Assembly (NCBI GenBank): GCA_013362805.1
Contig: JABFVL010000049.1
Location: 692-64,691, forward strand
Source: Mycobacteriales bacterium
GTDB taxonomy: Bacteria > Actinomycetota > Actinomycetes > Mycobacteriales > QHCE01
Reading direction: 5' to 3'
Length of the DNA stretch: 64,000 bases
This document shows, piece after piece, positions 58,704 to 64,000 of the stretch. A model generated the notes under the pieces. That model was not told the DNA's origin and did no database searches. It worked only from the letters and a program-made list of their open reading frames with translations. The position numbers and the translations under genes are program-made. Each line of letters opens with the position of its first letter. Within the stretch, counting starts at the first letter, position 1.

Positions 58704-58931
58704 AGCCTCACGCTACCGTGTCGCGTGAATTCTCTGGGCAGACCGGTCAGCGATTCCGAGGTGTGGAAGGTAGGGCGGGGATTTGGCGCTCGGGTTTGTG
58801 CCGATCGGGGGCCGGCACAACCCCGGCGCCATGACTTCATAGTCCCCTAAATCCTTGGCCGTACACACCTTTTGCGGGATTTATGCCCAAAAGGAGGAGG
58901 CTCCGTTCAGGCACGTAGGCCACAAAAAGCC

Positions 58932-59711
58932 TTAACCCTCAGTCACCATTGGGCTCGAGGCCACCTCAGTGCCATCGGCCAACGGAGTGATCGTAAAGTC
59001 CGCGAACACGCTTTCCGCGGCTTTCTGCAGCTCACGCAAGCAAGAAATCGCCAAAGCGCGAATCTCGACGTCTGCGCTTTCCGACGCTCGCATCGCAATA
59101 AAGTGACGCCAGGCACGGTAGTTGCCAGTGACCACAATGCGAGTCTCAGTGGCATTAGGCAGCACCGAACGTGCGGCCTGTCGTGCCTGTTTGCGACGAA
59201 GAGTGCCATTGGGCTCGTCAGCGAACTTCTCTTCCAGACCTTCCAAAAGCTCTGTATACGCCTGTTGGCTCGCCTCGGTAGCGGCCAAAAACTTAGCGTG
59301 CAGCGCTGGATCATTAGCGATGACATCGGGCTCAACCATGGCCGCGTCACGCTCAGGAACGTACCGCTGGGAAAGCTGGCTGTACGAGAAGTGCCGGTGC
59401 CTGATCAGCTCGTGAGTGAGCGACCGAGAGAGCCCGGAAAAGTAGAAGGTAACCACGCCATGTTCAAGCACGGAAAGGTGGCCGACCTCAAGAATGTGGT
59501 GAACATAGCCGGTGTTCGTCGCCGTTTTAGGGTTCGGCTTCTTCCAAGATTGATAACAAGCCCGGCCCGCGAATTCGACGAGCGCCTGCCCGCCGTCAGC
59601 GTCCGTGCTCCATGGCACATCAGCGGGTGGTTCAAAATGTGTCCATGCGATGAGCTGGACTTTTGGCGATACGATCTCCGGCACAACGTTCCCTTTCGAA
59701 AGGGCTAGCAA
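58932..59711 (-). CDS. thyX: FAD-dependent thymidylate synthase
   Basis: The ThyX motif [14 protein letters not shown] is present. The sequence is near-colinear with my recollection of mycobacterial ThyX. The start may be a few codons downstream. Confidence 0.95.
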   Translation of the reverse strand: MLALSKGNVVPEIVSPKVQLIAWTHFEPPADVPWSTDADGGQALVEFAGRACYQSWKKPNPKTATNTGYVHHILEVGHLSVLEHGVVTFYFSGLSRSLTHELIRHRHFSYSQLSQRYVPERDAAMVEPDVIANDPALHAKFLAATEASQQAYTELLEGLEEKFADEPNGTLRRKQARQAARSVLPNATETRIVVTGNYRAWRHFIAMRASESADVEIRALAISCLRELQKAAESVFADFTITPLADGTEVASSPMVTEG

Positions 59712-59760
59712 CGACGCCTCAGCGTAACCGGCAGGTCAGACAACTCCACGCGCAGAGCGG

Positions 59761-60300
59761 CTATGACACGAAGAACCAACTGAAAGGTTCAACCGGAATA
59801 TTGCGCAACACCGAATATGCCAACCACGTGGCGAAATATGCCCCTACTACCCATCCCGATATCCGAAGCATCGGAAATGTGTCTTTTTTACTCACACGTT
59901 TCCAGCCCCAAGAAATGTACATATACAACAAAAACGGGATTGCCAAAAACGCAATGAGGTGATGTTGACCGGCTTGAACAACGTCACCATGTAGCGCGAA
60001 CCACACCATGCGGGTTCCACCGCAGCCAGGACAGTCATATCCTGTCAGCGCCTTGAACGCACAAGGGCCCAAGGGATCATTTTTACTGTCGGCCGGATTG
60101 TTGGTCAGCACATAGCTAAACGCCGCCGCGGCGCACAACGCGATACCCAGCGGAGCGAGCCATGCGGGGGAAGTCCACACCCGCATCACCAAACGCTCTA
60201 GCCGACTCGGTGGCGGAAGCTCCAACTGGACGGGAGCATGTCCATCGGGTTGGTTAACCGCTGAGGGTTCAACCAGACCAGTGTCGGGGTTCGCAGCCAT
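59761..60300 (-). CDS. DUF2752 domain membrane protein
   Basis: Start is the ATG at 60300 (MAANPDTG...). CAFKALTGYDCPGCGGTRM is the DUF2752 signature. Confidence 0.75.
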   Translation of the reverse strand: MAANPDTGLVEPSAVNQPDGHAPVQLELPPPSRLERLVMRVWTSPAWLAPLGIALCAAAAFSYVLTNNPADSKNDPLGPCAFKALTGYDCPGCGGTRMVWFALHGDVVQAGQHHLIAFLAIPFLLYMYISWGWKRVSKKDTFPMLRISGWVVGAYFATWLAYSVLRNIPVEPFSWFFVS

Positions 60301-60435
60301 TGCTCTACCGTACCGTGCGCTGTCAGAAGCCTGGGCGAACCACACGCGAGTGGCACCCCACACCCCGTAGGCGCATCATGCGGATTCCCGGGCGGGTGCA
60401 CATGCATTATGGGCTCGACCTCTAGGCTCTGCGGC

Positions 60436-60987
60436 ATGGCAGATGCATTCGTTCGGCCGGCAATCGCCAGCGATGCCCCACAGATCGCCCAAATTCAGAT
60501 CCAAACCTGGAACATCGCCTATCTTGGGCACGTCCCAGATACAGTTTTGCGTGCGAGTGCGGCAAGTGAAGAGCTCCTGAGCGCTCAATGGCGCAGCGCG
60601 GTGGTGGCGCCGCCCACACCCGCTCACCGGGTGTTGGTCGCGGTCGAACATACAGCGCAACGCGCGGACATAGTTGGGTTTTCGGCCAGTGGGCCCGCTG
60701 GAGACGATGAGCTTCCTTTGCCTGGCGCACAAACGCCACTGATGGTGACGACAATGTTGGTTGAGCCTCGATGGGGCCGCCGAGGCCATGGCAGCCGACT
60801 TCTTGCGGCGACCGTGGATTTGGCGCGAGATTCCCACTGTGACGCGGCATTGATTTGGCTATTGGAGCGAGATGTGGCATCGCGCAACTTCTTCACATCC
60901 GCCGGTTGGTCACCCGATGGGACAGTGCGCACTTTGGATATGGATGGCGTGCTGGTCGAAGAAAAGCGCTATGTCACCTATTTCTAG
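60436..60987 (+). CDS. GNAT family N-acetyltransferase
   Basis: Start is the ATG at 60436 (MADAFVRPAIASDAPQIAQIQ...). The acetyl-CoA site resembles MLVEPRWGRRGHGSRLL. Confidence 0.8.
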   Translation: MADAFVRPAIASDAPQIAQIQIQTWNIAYLGHVPDTVLRASAASEELLSAQWRSAVVAPPTPAHRVLVAVEHTAQRADIVGFSASGPAGDDELPLPGAQTPLMVTTMLVEPRWGRRGHGSRLLAATVDLARDSHCDAALIWLLERDVASRNFFTSAGWSPDGTVRTLDMDGVLVEEKRYVTYF

Positions 60988-60996
60988 CGGATATTA

Positions 60997-61035
60997 ATCA
61001 AGCCCCCGCCCCATAAACGGGGACGGAGGCTTGAT
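60997..61035. terminator. imperfect GC-rich hairpin between convergent genes
   Basis: ATCAAGCCCCCGCCCC, an ATAAAC loop and GGGGACGGAGGCTTGAT form a hairpin with two bulges. It lies between the GNAT stop and the zf-TFIIB gene stop. Confidence 0.5.
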
Positions 61036-61043
61036 ACGAACTG

Positions 61044-61361
61044 CTAGTCGAGGAAGTCCGACAAGAAGCCCTTCTTTTTACGACGTCCATAGTGACCACC
61101 GTGGCCATGGCCGTATCCGCGGTGATGACCACCGTGACCGTGGTGCACGTAGCCCTGCGGTTGCTGATAGCCAGGCTGCGGCGCCCCATAAGGCGGCGGT
61201 GCACCGTGACCGCCGGTGAACTGTTGAGCGGCATAGCGTTCGAGCTCTTCCATCTCGCCATAGTCGAGGAAGATGCCGTGACACTTCGGGCACACATCGA
61301 TGGTCAGGTGGTTCTTGGTGCGGGGTTGCATTGGCGCGCCGTCGTTAGGACAGGTACGCAT
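61044..61361 (-). CDS. TFIIB-type zinc-ribbon domain protein with Gly/His/Pro/Tyr-rich tail
   Basis: ATG at 61361 follows AAGGAG. The product begins MRTCPNDGAPM...CPKCHGIFLDYGEMEEL, then GHGAPPPYGAPQPGYQQPQGYVHHGHGGHHRGYGHGHGGHYGRRKKKGFLSDFLD. Confidence 0.75.
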   Translation of the reverse strand: MRTCPNDGAPMQPRTKNHLTIDVCPKCHGIFLDYGEMEELERYAAQQFTGGHGAPPPYGAPQPGYQQPQGYVHHGHGGHHRGYGHGHGGHYGRRKKKGFLSDFLD

Positions 61362-61476
61362 ACTGATCACGCTCCTTGTGATTACGAGTCATGATCGATT
61401 CTGCCTTGTGCACGCCACTGGGCTTCAAGTGCCACCCCGAGAATAGACATTTCCGGCGTGGCACTTGAGAAAAATG

Positions 61477-61887
61477 TCAACAGCTGACAAGTTCCGGTGA
61501 TTGATTCAACAGTTGCGCGCGGGGAGAACTGAAGATTCCAATTGCCTCATCAGCGCTGCCATCGGCAGGGAAGACCGCAACGCGGTGGCAGTTTTGAAAC
61601 GCGATCCGCACCCCAAAGTGCTCGCTAAGTGCGGCACGCATGGAATCGGACGCCATGGCTCGTAGAAGCTGCCCACGTTCCGCGTCAGTTTCGGGTTCGG
61701 TTTGATTATCCGCGAATGGACGTCCCGGGGCGGTGTCACCGGCTTTGAGCCGCGCCGCGAGACCAGCGACCATGTGATACGCGTATGGCAAGGATTGCTC
61801 AATGCAGCGTACGAACTCCTGGTTGGACACTTGGTCTTTTTCGGCCTTGCTGAGAAGCTCCGGGGATACCGTCAATGACATTGCCAA
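61477..61887 (-). CDS. SCO5389-family-like conserved hypothetical protein
   Basis: 136-aa soluble protein (FVRCIEQSLPYAYHMVAGLAARLKAG...). The family name is recalled from memory only. Confidence 0.55.
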   Translation of the reverse strand: MAMSLTVSPELLSKAEKDQVSNQEFVRCIEQSLPYAYHMVAGLAARLKAGDTAPGRPFADNQTEPETDAERGQLLRAMASDSMRAALSEHFGVRIAFQNCHRVAVFPADGSADEAIGIFSSPRAQLLNQSPELVSC

Positions 61888-61975
61888 ACCTCCATTGTGG
61901 ATTCACGTGGGGTGTAGCTAGAGATGACAATCATTCCCAGATGCTGACCTACTGTCAACAGGTCTACACAAATTG

Positions 61976-62557
61976 CTAGGTCAAGGACTCCCGGGCGGTA
62001 CGCACCACTTCCAGCAGGGCATCACGCACCGACAAACGTTCCCGGGCGTCGAACAAGACCAACGGCACATGATCACCGATGTTCAAAGCCCACCGAATCT
62101 CCTGCATAGAGTGCTTGGGCTTGCCATCAAACATGTTGATGCCAACCACGAATGGCAACTTGATCTGCTCAAAATAGTCCACGGCCGCATAACAGTCGTC
62201 AATTCGTTCAGTGTCCACAATCACTAGGGCGCCCAACGCCCCGAACGTCAAGTCATGCCACATGAACCCGAAACGGTCCTGGCCCGGAGTGCCAAAAAGG
62301 TACAACTTGATGGCCTCATCAATAGTGATGACACCAAAATCCAACGCGACCGTCGTAGTCGTCTTATCTGGAGTCCGGCCCAGCTGATCAGAGGCCGCGC
62401 CGGCCACGGTCATGGCCGCCTCGGTCGTCAATGGAGTGATCTCAGAAATAGCGCCCACAGTGGTGGTCTTACCCACGCCGAAGCCGCCAGCGATCACCAG
62501 CTTCACTGGGGTCGGCGCGCGGCGTACAGCAGGGCTAGGAGATTGCTTCGAGTCCAC
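61976..62557 (-). CDS. cvnD: conservon small GTPase (CvnD / MglA-like Ras superfamily)
   Basis: P-loop AGGFGVGKTT, switch II FGTPGQDRF, 193 aa. It is the last gene of the four-gene conservon arrangement. Confidence 0.85.
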   Translation of the reverse strand: MDSKQSPSPAVRRAPTPVKLVIAGGFGVGKTTTVGAISEITPLTTEAAMTVAGAASDQLGRTPDKTTTTVALDFGVITIDEAIKLYLFGTPGQDRFGFMWHDLTFGALGALVIVDTERIDDCYAAVDYFEQIKLPFVVGINMFDGKPKHSMQEIRWALNIGDHVPLVLFDARERLSVRDALLEVVRTARESLT

Positions 62558-62963
62558 GGATCACTCTCTCAAGGGTTTCAGCACGAGAGCGCCCGCCGAA
62601 ATCCGGGCGCACAATCGACAAATAGCCTTCTGCCGCGATATCAGCCGCCAAAATACGTGCCACCGACAAATGCAAGTGCAACTTAGCCGCAACCTCGGCC
62701 ACTGAATTTGGGATTAAACACAACGCGACAATATCGCGCTGCTCAAACTTCAAATGCAAAAGCTCTGCCCGACCCAACGCTGTGGTCACGACCTGAGCTT
62801 CCAACTCCAAATCGCCCAGCGGACGCACCCGACCCGCAGTCTGAAGATACGGGCGAATCTCAGCGGGTGGATCGATCGGTGCCCGAGCGGGCACCGCGAC
62901 CTGGGCCGTATCGTCCAAAAATGGCCGAACCATGGGCGGCCTTCGAGAATCTTCGGACATCAC
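62535..62963 (-). CDS. cvnC: DUF742 domain protein (CvnC)
   Basis: 142 aa (VRPYLQTAGR...SVAEVAAKLHLHLSVARILAADIAAEGYL, a wHTH-like region). It overlaps both neighbours. Confidence 0.8.
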   Translation of the reverse strand: MMSEDSRRPPMVRPFLDDTAQVAVPARAPIDPPAEIRPYLQTAGRVRPLGDLELEAQVVTTALGRAELLHLKFEQRDIVALCLIPNSVAEVAAKLHLHLSVARILAADIAAEGYLSIVRPDFGGRSRAETLERVIRGLEAIS

Positions 62964-63397
62964 ATAGCCAGATTCGACTTCAACTCATCGATGAGTGTGG
63001 GTGTCAGCGCGGCACCAGTGCGATTAGCGAATAGAGCCATCTCATACGCGATGTTGCCCAAATCGGCCTCCTTAGAGGCTAGAACACCTAAACACGAGCC
63101 CACGCTAATCGCGCTCACCAACACATAGCCACGATCAAAGTCAATGATGACCTTATCTGGACTACCCAAGTCGTAGCAGCGCGATGCTCCAAGCGCCAAA
63201 CTGTTGATAGCGGAAGTGATCGCCGAAAGTCGATCAGCCTCGTCGCGCTTCATCTCGGAGGAAGACGCGATCAACAAGCCATCCGCCGACACGGCGATCG
63301 CCGACGTTACGCCAGCGGTGTCCACCGAAAATCTGCTCAACAACCAATTGAAGTTCTCGGCATCCGCGCTCAAACGCGAGACGGGAGCGGTCATCAT
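62960..63397 (-). CDS. cvnB: roadblock/LC7 domain protein (CvnB)
   Basis: 145 aa (LLSRFSVDTAGVTSAIAVSADGLLIASS...). It has 4-nt overlaps with both neighbours. Confidence 0.85.
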   Translation of the reverse strand: MMTAPVSRLSADAENFNWLLSRFSVDTAGVTSAIAVSADGLLIASSSEMKRDEADRLSAITSAINSLALGASRCYDLGSPDKVIIDFDRGYVLVSAISVGSCLGVLASKEADLGNIAYEMALFANRTGAALTPTLIDELKSNLAM

Positions 63398-64000
63398 TGC
63401 CTCTCTTCATCAAGTATCTGCCCAGCATGGGCTTGCCGATCTGCCCGCCGGATACCCGCAACAAAGGCATCCAGCGCCGAACGTTCGCCCTCCGGATCGC
63501 GCACCCGATTATCTTGCGGACGCAACGGCGGAAGCAGCGAGCCCCGAATCGCCCCATCGCCCCGCAATGACGGCACTACGTGCTGACCCGGATGACGACG
63601 TGGAAGCACCGAATCAAGCATTGTGCGATCTAGCACAACCGTAGGCTCCGACATCGCTCGAGTCGTTCCAGACTCAAACTGCCGCACCGCTGCCCGAGCT
63701 GCATCAGCATCACGAACCGGAGCTGGCGGAGAATCAGAGGAAACGTTGTGCAAACCTTGCGGAAGATTCGTTCCTGGAACTCGGCGCTGCATAATGCTAG
63801 CGGGCGTGGAGGAAGGCTCGGGCGGGGTCTGCGGAGTTTCCTGTGGAGCCCCTCCCGGAAACCACGGGAAACCACCTTCAGGCGGCGGGAAAGGCATCGC
63901 TGAAAGCTGGGCACTGTACTCAGCTGGCATCACATCTGGTGCTAGACCAACATCTTCCAAGTCGGTCGGTGGTTCTGCCAACACGCTTTGCGGCAATATG
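63394..64000 (-). CDS. cvnA: C-terminal part of conservon sensor histidine-kinase-like protein (CvnA), 5' end outside window
   Basis: The ORF stays open to the window edge. Only the Pro-rich disordered C-terminal tail is visible. The assignment rests on the 4-nt overlap with cvnB and on operon context. Confidence 0.5.
   Translation of the reverse strand, partial: ILPQSVLAEPPTDLEDVGLAPDVMPAEYSAQLSAMPFPPPEGGFPWFPGGAPQETPQTPPEPSSTPASIMQRRVPGTNLPQGLHNVSSDSPPAPVRDADAARAAVRQFESGTTRAMSEPTVVLDRTMLDSVLPRRHPGQHVVPSLRGDGAIRGSLLPPLRPQDNRVRDPEGERSALDAFVAGIRRADRQAHAGQILDEERQ

Noticed and set aside
58872-59708. 278-aa + strand ORF covering the thyX locus
   Set aside because: It is the mirror frame of thyX, whose product carries the RHRxxSxxxxSxR ThyX signature and is colinear with known ThyX. 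The + strand product has no protein-like features.
1-64000. Scan by eye for mobile elements, CRISPR arrays, and tRNA, rRNA or tmRNA genes
   Set aside because: I recognised no transposase, integrase or phage-like ORFs. I saw no regularly spaced direct repeats. I found no T-loop-like GGTTCGAATCC contexts outside coding sequence: the GTTCGA hits are LexA boxes or lie inside nrdJ. This check was by eye only, so tRNAscan-SE or Infernal should confirm it.

Overview
This is a 64-kb stretch of a high-GC (about 60% by eye) actinobacterial chromosome. It is densely coding, with about 66 supportable CDS. I saw no rRNA, tRNA, CRISPR array, transposase, integrase or prophage genes. From memory, gene order follows the conserved actinobacterial core block that in Mycobacterium tuberculosis runs from dut (Rv2697c) to thyX (Rv2754c): the DUF3159/OB-fold/DUF3710/dut cluster, suhB-like, sigA, DUF3039/DUF3099, sigB-ideR, nrdR/lexA, hflX, dapF-miaA, DUF349, miaB-recX-recA, clgR-cinA-pgsA, rimO, ftsK, rnj-dapA-thyX. 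Lineage-specific content sits between these anchors: a BlaI/BlaR1-like pair divergent from cydAB; a 2TM K+ channel-RCK gene; a YcaQ/AlkZ-like gene next to an nrdR-nrdJ (class II RNR) operon; an ACT-malic enzyme; a 504-aa orphan coupled to dapF; Lhr helicase next to recA; a TetR/membrane-protein/mini-lipoprotein cassette behind clgR; two large single-pass membrane proteins with low-complexity cytoplasmic regions; and a cvnABCD-type conservon at the right edge. I found no clear, self-contained novel multi-gene system such as a defence island. Six observations seem most worth follow-up. (1) An orphan promoter plus textbook intrinsic terminator forms a roughly 150-nt leader or sRNA in front of the K+ channel gene. 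(2) Helically phased TCTAC/GTAGA palindromes fill the 79-bp blaI-cydA divergent region. (3) Tracts of 58 and 165 nt are 100% identical between sigA and sigB, suggesting gene conversion. (4) The 504-aa orphan is coupled to dapF. (5) The Psp genes behind clgR are replaced by a different envelope cassette. (6) recA carries both LexA-box and RecA-NDp (PafBC-type) promoter signals, and there is a RecA-NDp-like motif in front of lhr. All family names come from my reading of the translated ORFs and from remembered synteny. No database search was run.
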